Positions 40,618 through 54,532 of a stretch of 64,000 nucleotides of DNA are shown piece by piece. This DNA is from Eledone cirrhosa (Eukaryota): NCBI GenBank assembly GCA_964016885.1, contig OZ024745.1, positions 28,644,001-28,708,000 on the forward strand, read 5' to 3'. The notes under the pieces are model-generated. The model saw nothing but the letters and a program-made list of their open reading frames with translations, did not search any database and was not told where the DNA came from. How positions within the stretch are numbered: position 1 is the first letter of the stretch; every line of letters begins with the position of its first letter. Position numbers and translations under genes: made by a program.

Positions 40618-40689
40618 CTGCAATAGTAATACCAATAAATACAGCAAAAATAGGAATGGAAACTTCAACGAGAGTAGCTACACTTCCGT

Positions 40690-41058
40690 CACCACCAATA
40701 ACAATAAGTAGAGCGACAATAACACCATCACCACCACCACCACCAACATAACACCACCACTACCACATCAAACATCAACGTCACCACCACCAACAACACC
40801 TCCACCACCAACATAACACCACCACTACCACATCAAACATCAACGTCACCACCACCAACAACACCATCACCACCACCACCACCACCACCACCACCACCAC
40901 CACCAACAACATAACACCACCACTACCACATCAAACATCAACATCACCACCACTAACAACACCTCCACCACCTCCACCACCAACAACAACATAACACCAC
41001 CACTACCACATCAAACATCAACAACATCACCACCATCAACAACATCACCACCAACAAC

Positions 41059-41090
<32 letters not shown>

Positions 41091-41420
41091 CATAACACCA
41101 CCACTACCACATCAAACATCAACACCACCACCACCACCAACACCTCCACCACCAACAACAACAACAACAACATAACACCATCACTACCACATCAAACATC
41201 AACAACACCACCACCACCACTAACAACACCTCCACCACCACCAACAACAACAACAACAACATAACCACCACTACCACCAACAACAACCACAACCACCATC
41301 ATCATCTCTACCATCGCCACCACTACCACTATAGCCAGACAATACCGTCACCACCATAACCACCATCGCCAAAATCACCGCCACTACCGTCACCATCACC
41401 ATCATCATCACCACCATCAC
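40690..41420. repeat. (CAC/CAA)n minisatellite with ATAACACCACCACTACCACATCAAACATC unit
   Basis: Direct inspection. Confidence 0.9.
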
Positions 41421-41437
41421 TACGTCACAAGGTCAAC

Positions 41438-41610
41438 CTGTTTGTGAGACTTTCCAATCCTCAATATCGTGTTAATCCTCCGTCAAACATGGTAAAATAT
41501 CTCCTGCCGTCTGTTTACACGGTTCATCAATAGGTGTCGCTGCAGTCGTCAGCTACTTCAACAACTCAATGGCTACAACTCGCCAATTTCCAACAAACCG
41601 CCATCTTAAA
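41438..41610 (-). promoter_or_regulatory. candidate first exon/TSS region with YY1-type AAGATGGCGG motif
   Basis: Motif at 41598-41607 in a unique sequence block. The donor CAG|GTTGAC is weak. Confidence 0.3.
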
Positions 41611-41801
41611 CTTTCTCCCTTTGCTCAGATTTACATTTTTGTTGCTATTTTTTTTTCGTCGCTTGCATTTTTTGTTTCTTGTTTTTAACGTTCCTAAGTT
41701 CTCTCCATTATTTACCTCTAGCATATAACCGTTCGCCCACTCTATATCTCCATCTCTATCTCTCTATTTCGCCCTCTACCTATCCATCTATCTATACGAC
41801 C

Positions 41802-41877
<76 letters not shown>

Positions 41878-41974
41878 TCTCTCTCTCACTCTCTCTCTCT
41901 CTATCTATCTATCTACTTACTTACCTACCTACCTACCTACCTACCTACCCACCTACCCACCTATCTATTTGAAC

Positions 41975-42022
<48 letters not shown>

Positions 42023-42504
42023 GTATGTATGTATGTATGTATGTATGTATGTATGTATGTACGTATGTATGTATGTATGTATGTACGTATGTATGTATGT
42101 ATGTATGTATGTATGTATGTATGTATGTATGTATGTATGTTCTTCTGGTTTTATAATTTCACAAAGTTTTACCAATAGAGAGAGAGTCGGTTTCTAACAT
42201 AGACACAAGACTCTTTCATTGGAATTTACACAACATCAACTAGGTAGATATGTATGCATGCATGTGTAGATATGGATGTTATTGTATGTGTGGATGTGTA
42301 TGTTTTGAGTGGCATGTGTGCATGTGTATATGTTTTGCATCTGTACATGTAGTTATTAGATGCAAAATTTTTGGAATGTTTTACATATTTTTACTGTTCC
42401 ATTAATGGATTGTACTTGTGATTTCCTAACTAGTTTTGTATGTATGTATGTATGTATGTATGTATGTATGTATGTATGTATGTATGTATGTATGTATGTA
42501 TGTA

Positions 42505-43043
42505 TGGCGACTAAACTGGCAACCCCAGCAAGGTTTCTTGGTGAGGAGGGTGACTTTGGACATCCTGTAGGACTAAAAACAAAACCTGACAAAGGGCAAA
42601 GGAGCTCTTAAGAGTCAATGGCCATCCACAATCACCGGGAGAGATGACCCCTTAGCCTTTGTCAAGGCAGAATTCTAGGAGAAGGAAAACTCTGATATAA
42701 CACCTGCAACCCTGATGGTATCCAATGATGTTGACTTGTTCTTCTTTTTGGTAAATATCATCTTGGTTAAGAGAGTGGGACTGGCTTTGTGCAGTGCCTT
42801 TGCTCACTATAAAAGCTTCACGGCACAGGCATTGCTTTATATCTGGAGATCTCTCTGCACTTGTCATCACATGGTACCATGGGCCCAGCACTATGTGTCA
42901 ATAATTGTCACAAGTGTAGTGTTTGTAGCAGAGTTTTCAAGTCGCTGGCTGGACTAAAAAGTTACACTCGTTCAGCACATCGGTAGGGTTCTCCTACATG
43001 GATATAAAGTAGTGGCCGTACTCGAAAACGAGTTGGCAGCCAC
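42505..43043 (+). mobile_element. internally deleted RTE-like element (5' part + C2H2-encoding 3' end) within (TATG)n
   Basis: CSVCSRVFKSLAGLKSYTRSAHR* at ~42915-42986. (TATG)n on both sides. Confidence 0.55.
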
Positions 43044-43299
43044 TATGTATGTATGTATGTGTGTGCATGTATATATGTATGTGTGTACGAGTGTGTACAG
43101 AAGATGTCAAACATTAACTGAACGAGCACTCAATACACTCAAAAGCTGTGTATTAGTTTTATTTTTTGAAGTAAAAGGTGTCTGGAACTCCGAAGTTTTG
43201 CTTGTTTTCTATATATATGTTTCTTTCATTTGATCTATGGAACCTGTTTAAATAAAAAATATATTGTTTTCTGATTTAAGCAGAAGGCAAATCATTTTG

Positions 43300-43570
43300 G
43301 GGAGGGGAAAGTCGACTAAACTGACCCCAGTGCACTACTGGTACGTTATCGAATCCGTACAAGGGCGGTGGAACTGGGGTGGGGTGGGGGTCTTGGCCAC
43401 CCCAATAATTATATTTTTCTCCTCAAACTTCCAAAACACGTCTATTTATATATTTTCTCGACCACGTAAGGATGAAAGGCAAAGCTAACCTCGGCAGGAT
43501 TTCAGCTCAGACAGTAAAGGGTCGCAACTCTATGACATAAAGCATGTTGTCCGACGCTCCACCGATATTA
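43300..43570 (-). mobile_element. SINE interrupted by hAT-MITE fragment
   Basis: SINE core halves lie either side of 43360-43447. Confidence 0.65.
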
Positions 43571-43704
43571 AACACTTTTTTATAATTTAAATCTGAAGCT
43601 TTTGTCCTTCAAAGGGGCATATCATTATATAAAGTTGTTTAAAGGATAGAGGAACCGGAAGATCTTGATTAGGGTCTAGTTTCGGAGGGAATGTTTTCAT
43701 CTTT

Positions 43705-44627
43705 TTGTGGTGTTGGTGTTGGTGGTGTTGGTGGTGGTGGTGATGTTGGTGGTGTTGGTGGTGGTGGTGGTGGTGGTGGTGGTGATGTTGGTGGTGTTGG
43801 TGGTGGTGGTGGTGGTGGTGGTGTTGGTGGTGGTGGTGGTGTTGGTGGTGGTGGTGATGTTGGTGGTGTTGGTGGTGGTGGTGATGTTGGTGGTGGTGGT
43901 GATGTTGGTGGTGTTGGTGGTGGTGGTGGTGGTGGTGGTGTTGGTGGTGGTGGTGGTGTTGGTGGTGGTGGTGATGTTGGTGGTGTTGGTGGTGGTGGTG
44001 GTGGTGGTGGTGGTGGTGGTGTTGGTGGTGGTGGTGGTGATGTTGGTGGTGTTGGTGTTGTTGTTGTTGTTGGTGGTGGTGGTGTTGGTGGTAGTGGTGA
44101 TGTTGGTGGTGGTGTTGGTGGTGCTGGTGGTGTTGGTGGTGGTGGTGGTGATGTTGGTGGTGTTGGTGTTGTTGTTGTTGTTGGTGGTGGTGTTAGTAGT
44201 GGTAGTGTTGGTGGTGGTGTTGGTGGTGGTGTTAGTAGTGGTGGTATTGGTGGTAGTGGTGATGTTGGTGGTGGTGTTGGTGTTGGTGGTGGTGTTGGTG
44301 GTGGTGGTGGTGGCTGTGGTGCTGGTGTTGGTGGTGGTGTTGGTGGTGGTGTTGGTGGTGGTGGTGGTGATGGTTGTGGTGTTGGTATTGGTGGTGGTGG
44401 TGTTGGTATTGGTGGTGGTGGTGTTGGTGGTGGTGGTGGTGGTGTTGTTGTTGGTGGTGTTGGTGGTGGTGGTGGTGTTGGTGGCGGTGGTGTTGGTGGT
44501 GGTGGTGGTGTTGGTGGTGGTGTTGGTGGTGGTGTTGGTGTTGGTGTTGGTGGTGGTGGTGGTGGTGGTGTTAGTGAAGGTGATGGTGTTGATGGTAGTG
44601 ACGGTGGTGTTTGTGGTGTTGTTGTTG

Positions 44628-44659
<32 letters not shown>

Positions 44660-44850
44660 GGTGGTGGTGGTGTTAGTGAAGGTGATGGTGTTGATGGTAG
44701 TGACGGTGGTGTTTGTGGTGGTGGGTGGTGGTGGCGATGGTGGTGTTAGTGAAGGTGATGGTGTTGATGGTAGTGACGGTGGTGTTTGTGGTGGTGGGTG
44801 GTGGTGGCGATGGTGGTGTTAGTGAAGGTGATGGTGTTGATGGTGGTGTT
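43705..44850. repeat. (GGT/GTT)n low-complexity array
   Basis: Direct inspection. Confidence 0.9.
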
Positions 44851-46227
44851 AGTGCGGGCCGAGTTTGAATGGGTTATCGAGGAGAGGAATGTGTGTTTGA
44901 GAGAGGGGGGGTGAAAGAAAGAAAAAATAAGGGAGAGAGAGGAAGACGAAGAAGGAGAGTGTGAACCCTGGCTGGAAGTGTGGGTTGGTTAAGTGATTCG
45001 AGTACGAAGGTAGGTAGGGTGGATAGGTAGGTGGGGTGGGTAGTTGGGTAGAGTGGGTAGTTGGGATATTGTAGGTAGGGTAAGGTCAATGGTTAATAGG
45101 GTAGAAATGTATGTTGTGTGGGGTTGTTAATGGGGTATGTAGGTGGGTGGATAGGTGGATATGTATGGTTGGTAGGTTGTGTGAATGGTGGGGTAGGTAG
45201 TGTGATTGGCTAGTGGAGTAGGGAGGTAATTTATGTAGGTAACTGTGGTAGAAAAGTAGGTAAGGCTGACTAGTATGGTATGTAGGAAGAGGCTATATAG
45301 GGTGGGTAGGTAGATAATGACTATGTAGGGTGGGTGGGTAGATGTGACACGGTAGGTGGGTAGGAATGGTTGTCAGGTAGGGAAGATGGGTAGATGTGAC
45401 TCTGCCAACTGGAAGTAGATACGGGTGAAATACGGGTGTGCGAGGTAACCTACAATGAAAAAAAAGTTATCTAAGCGAGATCACGTGACATATACAGTGC
45501 AGTCTTTAAAAAGGGAATAAGAAAAAATGTTATATGTTTACTGAAGTATTATCCGGCTTCCATAGCAGATTCTTGTTCAAATACTCTCGTTGCCGGTTCA
45601 AATTTCACGTTTGCTTAATTTCATTTTTGTTTTTTAGTTTTTATTTTAAATTTGTCTTCATGTTCGTTTATTTTTTATGTAAACATTTTTTTTTTTTTCA
45701 GTATTTGGTCAGAAATTTATGTGTTGTCAGATCCGGCTCTACCATTAATGTCAACTAGGCAGCCGTCCAGGGCGCACACCTCACAGACACATTTTACTGA
45801 ACCTTAAAGGGTCACAACGTTATACAAATTTGTATAATTAAGTTAAATATATAATAATTTCCAGCGGCGGTGACAGTCGTATGGTGTCGTGGCGTGTCAC
45901 ACGATTTGGCATGGGTGACTGTGGACTGTGTAGTGGAAAATGAAGGCCTAATAATTTTCTTAATATGGTCAGAACAAAATACGTCAAAAGCTAGTCTCGT
46001 CATCTTACCAATCTGTAAGTTGAAATAATTTATTTCAGAAAATGGGACGCATAGTTAGGGTAAATGGATGCACACTGCAGAGCTAGCCGAGAAGGGTAAT
46101 TATCCAGGAACCGGCCCTGGGCACAGGCATAGTTGTGTGGTTGAGGAGTTCGTTTTGAAACCATGTGGCTACAGATTCAGTCACACTGTACGGCAGAGTC
46201 GACATCTTCGATCCGCGCAAGTTCGTC

Positions 46228-46260
<33 letters not shown>

Positions 46261-46362
46261 AAAGAGGGGTCCTACTCTTTCCTATTACCCACTCTACTAC
46301 CCTAAGTATTGAGTACTTTGGTGCGTTATGGTCCACCTGGTTCCTTACCACATTTCCTTCGT

Positions 46363-46414
<52 letters not shown>

Positions 46415-46717
46415 CGCGTGTGTGTGTGCGTGTGTGTGTGTGTGTGTGCGCGCGCGAGTGTGTGTGCGCGCGAGTGTGTGTGCGTGTGCGTGCGCGCGTG
46501 TTTGCGTATCTGTGTTTGTTTATGTCCCATAACTTAGCGGTTATAGGACATAAACAGAATTTTAAAAAAAGTATTTGGATTGATGTGCTCGACTAAAAAC
46601 CCTTCACGGTATTGCCCCAGCATGGTCGCAGTCTATTGCTAGAAACCAGTCAAAAATACAATCGTTTCTAGTATAGGACAAGACCAGCAATTGTTTTTGT
46701 TTTATTATATACGTGAA

Positions 46718-46895
46718 TTGGCAGTATCGGTAGAGAGTTGGACGCCATGCTTGCCAGCATAGTTACGTCCCTTTACGGTCTGAATTCAAATCACGTCGAG
46801 GTTAATTTTTCCTTTCATCCTTACTGGGTCAATAAAATAAAGTACCAGTAATGTACTGAGTAATTGCTGGCCTTGTGCCAAAAGTAGAAACAATT
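46718..46895 (+). mobile_element. tRNA-derived SINE (Meta/MESC-like core)
   Basis: Matches the family consensus. Confidence 0.85.
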
Positions 46896-46929
46896 ATATA
46901 CAGGGGCCGACATGATCTACAATTAATGA

Positions 46930-47704
46930 TGTTATTGTTAGTGTTGTTGTTGGTGTTGTTGATGGTGTTGTTGTTGGTGTTGTTGTTGGTGTTGTTGTGT
47001 TGTTGTTGTTGATGGTGTTGGTGTTGTTGTTGGTGTTGTTGTTGTTGGTGTTGTTGTTGGTGTTGTTGGTGTTGTTATTGTTGTTGGTGTTGTTGTTGTT
47101 GTTGTTGTTGGTGTTGTTGTTGGTGTTGTTGGTGTTGATGTTGTTGTTGATGGTGTTGCTGTTGTTGTGTTGTTGTTGTTGTTGTTGTTGTTGATGGTGT
47201 TGTTGTTGGTGTTGTGTTGTTGTTGTTGGTGTTGTTGGTGTTGTTGTTGGTGTTGTTGTTGGTGTTGTTGGTGTTGATGTTGTTGGTGTTGTGTTGTTGG
47301 TGTTGTTGTTGGTGTTGTTGTTGGTGTTGTGTTGTTGTTGTTGGTGTTGTTGTTGGTGTTGTGTTGTTGTTGTTGGTGGTGTTGTGTTGTTGTTGTTGGT
47401 GTTGCTGTTGTTGTTGGTGTTGTTGTTGTTGTTGTGTTGTTGGTGTTGTTGTTGGTGTTGTTGGTGTTGATGTTGTTGTTGATGGTGTTGCTGTTGTTGT
47501 GTTGTTGTTGTTGTTGTTGTTGTTGTGTTGTTGGTGTTGTTGTTGGTGTTGTTGGTGTTGTTGGTGTTGTTGTTGGTGTTGTTGTTGTTGTTGTTGTTGG
47601 TGTTGTTGTTGGTGTTGTTGTTGGTGTTGTTGTGTTGTCGGAGTTGTTGGTGTTGTTGTTGGTGTTGTTGTTGGTGTTGTTGTTGTTGTTGGTGTTGTTG
47701 TTGG

Positions 47705-47738
<34 letters not shown>

Positions 47739-48105
47739 GGTGTTGTTGGTGTTGTTGTTGGTGTTGTTGTGTTGTTGGTGTTGTTGTTGGTGTTGTTGGT
47801 GTTATTGTTGGTGTTGTTATTGGTGTTGTTGTTGTTTTGTTGTTGGTGTTTTTGTTGGTGTTGTTGTTGTTGGTGTTGTTGTGTTGTTGGTGTTGTTGTT
47901 GGTGTTGTTGTTGGTGTTGTTGTTGGTGTTGTTGTTGGTGTTGTTGTGTTGTTGGAGTTGTTGGTATTGTTGTTGGTGTTGTTGGTGTTGTTGTTGGTAT
48001 TGTTGTTCGTGTTGTTGTTGTTGGTGTTGATTGTGTTGATGGTGTCGTTGTTGATGTTGTTGTTTTTATTGTTGTTGTTGTTGATGTTGATGTTGTTGCT
48101 GGTTT
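46930..48105. repeat. (GTT/GGT)n low-complexity array
   Basis: Direct inspection. Confidence 0.9.
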
Positions 48106-48585
48106 TGGAAACAGCAAGATTGAAAGGGGGGGGGGATAAAGAAAGAGGTAAAGAAACAGAGAGATGGGAGAGGAAGAGAGAGAGAGAGGGATTAGAGGGA
48201 GAGAGGGAAATGATCTGGCAGGTTTTAAATGGTCAGTGGAAGAAGAAGAAGAAGAAGAAGAAGAAGAAGAAGAAGAAGAAGAAGAAGAAGAAGAAGAAGA
48301 AGAAGAAGAAGAAGAAGGTGAGATAATAGTGTGAGGAGAGGAGAAAAGAGCAGTAGCATAGCAGTAGGTGGAGGAGGGGTGAGCGGCAAAGTAAGATGGC
48401 GGAGAAAGTAGGGAGAAGGTTTAGCAGGTATATAACATCATTGGGAGGAATTATCTATAGTTAGTAATACACATGGAAGAAGAAGAGTAGAAGGAAGAGG
48501 CAGGGTAGAGAGGGGAGGAGGAGAATGGAGGGAGGGGTGATGATGGTGATGATGTTGATGATGATGACGATGATGACTATGATGT

Positions 48586-48618
<33 letters not shown>

Positions 48619-48695
48619 CTATGATGTTGATGATGATGACGACGACGAGACGATAATGATGATGATGATGATGATGACGACGACGACGACGACGA

Positions 48696-48764
<69 letters not shown>

Positions 48765-49258
48765 GGAGGAGGAGGAGGAGGGGGAGGCGGAAGTTTCCTA
48801 CCCATCTCAGACGACAGTTTTCCAAAATGGCTACCTTCTGGGCTGAACCATTTACACACTACTAAACTAGAAACACAAGTCTAATTAATTAGTTTCCGTT
48901 CGAGTTAATTAAATGTAATGATTGAACTATAATTATAATGAAAAGAGAAAAGGATATTATTATTTATAATTAACTAATACAGTGTTTATGACATTTTCCA
49001 GCGGAATACTTGAAAGTTAATCCATTTAACAATCAGGCATAAATATATAATGAGTTTAGGAATATATTCTAAAATTCTTTTATTTTTGCATATATATGTG
49101 TAAATAGACAATACATAACTCTCTCTTTCTCTCTTTCTTTCTTTCTCTCTCTCTCTGTATTATGTATGTATGTGTGTGTTTGTGTGTATGTGTATATATA
49201 TTACACAAGTAGAAAGTAACCATATGGATACATACACATACATAATATATATATATAC

Positions 49259-49291
<33 letters not shown>

Positions 49292-49447
49292 CACATATAT
49301 ATATTTATATATATATAGACATAAACATGGAGTTAACCAAAGAGAATTTAAAAATTGGTAATCGGTAATATATTTAAACTCAAAGTGTTATGTCATTATA
49401 GATAGAAATAAGAAGAGATATCATTTAAGAATAGAAGTGTAACAGAG

Positions 49448-49498
<51 letters not shown>

Positions 49499-49581
49499 GA
49501 GGTTATATTTAATTTGTTGGGATACACCAAGCAAAATATTTTTATAACTGATATAAAGCACTCAACAAATTATTGGAGTAA

Positions 49582-49754
49582 ATATACAATATATTAACAA
49601 ATGGAAACTATATTTATAAAACCATATTTATTTCATTATACATTTTTCAAGGGCCACCATGATGAAAGCGCACCATAGTTTACCTTGGTGGCCCTTGAAA
49701 TATGTATAATGAAATAAATATGGTTTTATAAATATAGTTTCCATTTGTTAATAT

Positions 49755-49763
<9 letters not shown>
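49582..49763. repeat. fold-back palindrome (78-bp arms) in a dispersed (TA)n-embedded element
   Basis: Arms at 49582-49659 and 49686-49763. Unfolded relatives at ~2628-2755 and ~34490-34580. Confidence 0.8.
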
Positions 49764-49830
<67 letters not shown>

Positions 49831-49872
49831 TATAAATAGATAAATCGATCGATAGATAGATAGATAGATAGA

Positions 49873-52800
49873 TGGATTTGTCCCATACGCGACAGCAGTT
49901 GTTCTGCATAGTTCCACAGGTCGGTTACGCCCGGGCAGTGTACAATTGCGTGCAGGACTGTTTCAATGTCCTGCGAGCATCTTGGACACGTCCTCTTGGA
50001 AGGATCCCTGTCGGGGCGTCCGTGCCTGTAGGTCGTGTCACGAACCGGTAGAGCTCTTCGGTAGCACTGCCAGGCCAGGGACCTCAGGAAGTTGTCCATA
50101 AGTCCCGGGCGGAAAGTCCTACCAAACAGACTGGTGAGCTCATCGTCTTCGACGCCCAGAGTCTCTCCGAGCACGTCGTCGCCCTTGTAACGTACAATCC
50201 CTCTATAGAATGTCGAAGTGGAGTCTCCACTGATTACTGTGCCCGCTTGCCAGAGGACTGTGAGCGCCTGAGCGCATTCAATGTGCCAGGCGCCCATCGT
50301 TTTCGGTCTTTTCTTGACCCAGGACTGCAGCTCCGTCAGCGAGACGAGCTGTGGGAAAGCCTGTCTCACAAATGGTGCCCACACCGGTTGGGGGTCGGTG
50401 AGGAATACCTGGAGATGCCGCAGCCTCAGCGCATGTTTGCGCATCATCAGCCACGGCATTCCCAGCCCTCCGTTGGAAGGGTGATGACAGCAGACGGATC
50501 TCCTCACCAGAGGAGCCTGCTTCTTCCACAGAAACTGGAAGAGCATGCGTTCCATCTTGGCGAGATGTTCACGGGAACAAGGCACGACAGTCAAGTGATA
50601 GTAGATGACGGACGCTATGAAAGTGTTCGCCACCTCCGCTCGACTTTTCAAGGACAGTTTGCACTCTGCCCACTTCTGGGTGAGCGCAAACACCTTGGCC
50701 GTGACCTCGTTCCAGTTTTTCTCCACCTGGAGGTCTGCACCGTACCAGACCCCGAGCAATTTCACCGGTCCGTTCGTCCAGCGTCCAACGACGCTGTCGG
50801 ACGTCATCGGTTTGCCTCTCCACGTACGGAGTTGCAAACCGACAGACTTGTCCGGGTTTAGTTTTGCTCCCGTCAGCGTTTCGTATTATTTCAGTAAGTT
50901 GCCGATCACCCCGATTTCCGAGGTGCTCGACACCATTACCGTCACGTCGTCGGCATAAGCCGACGCCGCTTTGCGCAGTCCCGGTTCTAGAGGGATGCAC
51001 TGCAACAGCACCAATTTCCGCAGTAGTGGCTCTAGAGTCAATACATACAGAATGGAGGAGAGAGCCCCCCCCCCCTCCCCTGTCGAATGGAACGCGTGAT
51101 TGCGAACGGCTCCGATAGATAGCCGTTCACCTTGACCCTCGAGCAGATGCTGGTGTGCATCGCCTCGATCCAGCCCCTGAAAACGGGACCGAAACCGGCC
51201 GCCTTGAGAATCGCTTCCAAGTATCGATGGTCGACCTTATCGAATGCCTTAGACTGATCCAAATTGATCAGAGCCCCAACGAAGCCGGGTTTACTACCCA
51301 CCCTCTCTATGATGTATCGCATGAGGTGGAGGTTGTCGTGTATGGACCTGGTCGGGATTGCACACGTTTGCGCTTTCCCTACCAGGTTCTCGACGACAAG
51401 CGCCAACCTCGTCGCTAGCACCTTGCCCAAAATCTTTAACTCTGTGTTGAGCAGATATATAGGCCTGAAGTTGTTAATTTCGTCCCCCTTGTTCTCGTCT
51501 TTCCTGATCAGCGTTACTACGCCCTTGCCTGCAGAACTGGGAATTCTCCCGTTCTGCTGCCAATTGTAGTAGACGGCTTCGAGGACGCCAGAGAACAAAT
51601 CCAGCATGCCTATGTAAAACTCATAGGGTAGACCATCTAGACCGGGTGACTTGCGTTTCCCGAAGCGGCCCAGAGCGTCCCGTATCTCAGTGTCCGTGAT
51701 CGGTCTTTCGCAGAACTCGGCGTCCGTGTTCGAGAGACCGGCAGGGCGTCGAGGTATGAAATAAAGTCCATTGCCCCGTTCGGCTCACCGTCGTTCTGCT
51801 CAAACAGTCGCGCAAAGTGCTGCTGAAAGGCTGCGCACATTTGCTTGGGGTCAAGTAGAACGCGTTCGTTTTGGTCTTTCAAAGACCGAATCGTGGATTG
51901 TTGCCACTTTTTGCCTCCGCCACACGGGCCCAGCTGACAGTTTTTGCTCCTTCGTTTCCCTGACAACGCAGCCTTCGTGTTTCGCAACGAAGAACTGGTT
52001 CAGTGCCGTTCTCGATGCTAACACTCTAGCCGTGTTGCCACTTCTAAGTGCCTCCTCTACTAGTTCTTTTTCTATTTTGTTTTTCTCTACGGCTAACTCT
52101 CTGCTAACCCTTTCGATTTACTCTATTTGCTTTCTTGAGAGAGTACCACCATCTATTGTTGACGATGGCTCCCGTTAACTGTTGCTTGGCTAGTCTACTT
52201 ATCCGTTCACTGTAAGCTTTACGTGCCGGCAACGACACGTTCAGCTTCCAGTATCCGGGTCCCTGTCTATGTGTTCTGTCACGGTTGACTATGCAGACGA
52301 TTAATTTGTGATCTGAATAGGCAACCATGTGCATTCGTGGACAGCTTAACATCTCCTTGTCCCTTTCTCTAATGAAGAAGCTATCTAAATACGATCTAGA
52401 TGTTCCGCTGCGGTTTGCCCACATCCAATGTGGTGCAGTCAGGAAATCCAGTCGATACCGATTAAAGTTTTGAGGCTGTTGCAGCCCCCTCTACTGGGAC
52501 ATGCTCCCACATGCTCCCACACAGTCCCATCGTGCATCTAGGATACCATTCCAGTCCCCCACTAAATGTAAGGAGCGAGACGTTCCCAGAAAAGACTCTA
52601 GACGCTTAAAGAAGTCAGGCCGTGATTGCGATTGCCCAGTCGGGCCATAAACGGCCACCAGTCTGAAGGCTCCACATCCAATACTGTTCACGTCTAGGAC
52701 TACCGGTCTACCCTCCGGGTCCAAGTGTACTTGCTGTACTTCGACGTCCAGGTTCTTCCGAAACATGACAGCCACTCCCCCTCCACCTTCTGGCTGACAG

Positions 52801-54501
52801 TGAGATGCGTAGATCTCAAAGTCGTCGAAGATGGGGGTTAGTTGCTGCCTGTTGTGGATCCTGGACTCGGTGATGGCTATCACATCCATACCGTGTGACC
52901 TAAGGTCGTTTAAAAGTTGGCCCTGTTTCCAGGGCATCCCTAGGCCACGCACATTGACGCTTCCAACTCGTAAACTAGCCATGTTGGTAGAGAAGAGTTG
53001 GCGAAAAGGACGAAAACGTGCACTTAACTTTTCGTTTCCTGGAGATCGGGTTGTTCAATCTCCATTTCAGTTCTGGTGGGGGTGTTTGGTGGGGTGGGGA
53101 AACATTTTAATAAGACGCGGTTAATAGGTTTTTGACAAGGGTTGCCAACATCCTGCGAAAACTGTTCTTTCAATTTCTGATAGGTTTCTATCGAAACCCT
53201 TATTAGTTTTAGGCGTGGAGACAATTCTGCTTTGACGAAAGTTTTGCCCTCCGTCTCCACCTTGGGGTTTTGGGAAATGACCTCCATCAAACTCTTGTTG
53301 TTTGTGTTGATGTATGCGTATTGTTGTTTGTGTTTTTGTTGTGTTGTTTTAGTTTGTTGTTCGTCCGGGAGTTTTCTTTTTATGGTGGGTGCTTGTGTTT
53401 GGGGTGGTGTTGGTGTTGGTTTAGCTGGTAGGGGGATGTTTAACTGTGGTGTTGTTTGTGTTGTTGTTTGTGTCTGTGGTTGTGTGTTGGTGTTGGTGAT
53501 TGGAGTTTTTGGGGTTTTGTGGTGTCGCTTTTTTTGTTTTTTAGATTTCCGAGGCTCTCCTTCTTTAAGTGAAGAAGAAGGAGAAGCAGCCTCATCTGTC
53601 AATGAATAATCATCGTCAGGAGTGTGGGGTAGGGGTATATTGTGTGGTTGATGGTGTTTCGATGTGTGTGTTCGTGATAGTGTTTGATGGAGTTGGATGG
53701 GGTGGGGCTGTGTTCTTCAGGGGTGTTGTCTGTGTTTTTTCTGTTGTTGTTGGTTGAGTGGCTGTTTGTTTTTGGTGTGTTTGCTCGTTTCGTCTGTTGT
53801 TGTACTTGTGGTGGTGGTTGTTTTGGTGTTGGTAATAGTGTTTTTTTAATGATGTTGTTGTAGTGTGTTTGTGAAGGACAGAAGGCCTTTAGGTGTATTG
53901 TGCTACCACAGCGAAAGCAATGACGACTTTTTCGGGTATTTTGGAGATTCTCTCCGGCCTCATCTGCATCAGAATCTCCAAATCAGTACCCGCCCACCTT
54001 TGTCTAATAGACTTTCGTATTGAAAGAATAGCATCAGTCTCTGGCTCCACGAAGCCAGCCAAGATCCACCAGATGTTAATGTTTGGTGGTATATTTTTTA
54101 TTTTTATTTTTTGTGTCCTTTTTCCCATGTACGTAGGGAAAAAGGTGAATGCTTTTTACACCATTGGTGTCACAGAATGTTTTGGGGCGAGTGCCTCGCT
54201 TTTAAACAGTACGGAAATACTTCCGTGCTGTTTTCCTCGTTGAAGAAAGTCAATATTTTCTAGAGTCTCCTTCAAGGTGGCTTCTATGTCTCCTTGACTC
54301 ACAAATATTGGCTTTCTCGTTGTGTTTGAGACAGTCCTGAAGGTCACTGTCCTTCGAACTGTCTCTTCTTTTATTTCGAGGGGTGAGTTGATTCTAAACC
54401 CACCCTTGTCTTCGAAAGTTACAAATTTTCTCCCTTTCTGGAACATATCTCTTGTTTTTTGTTCACTGTTTCAGCGAAAGACATTTTTTTTGTGGTGTTG
54501 C

Positions 54502-54532
<31 letters not shown>

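Noticed and set aside
40690-41420. repeat-spacer-like periodicity resembling a CRISPR array
   Set aside because: The spacers are CAC/CAA simple repeats, the context is eukaryotic and there are no cas genes.
43691-44822. 352-371 aa Gly-rich and Val-rich ORFs
   Set aside because: These are translations of a (GGT/GTT)n array open in several frames, with no unique coding context.
46894-48326. 407-aa Thr/Gln/Asn ORF and overlapping Leu/Val/Cys ORFs
   Set aside because: A (GTT)n array whose residue type switches with slippage frameshifts, so it is not a mucin gene.
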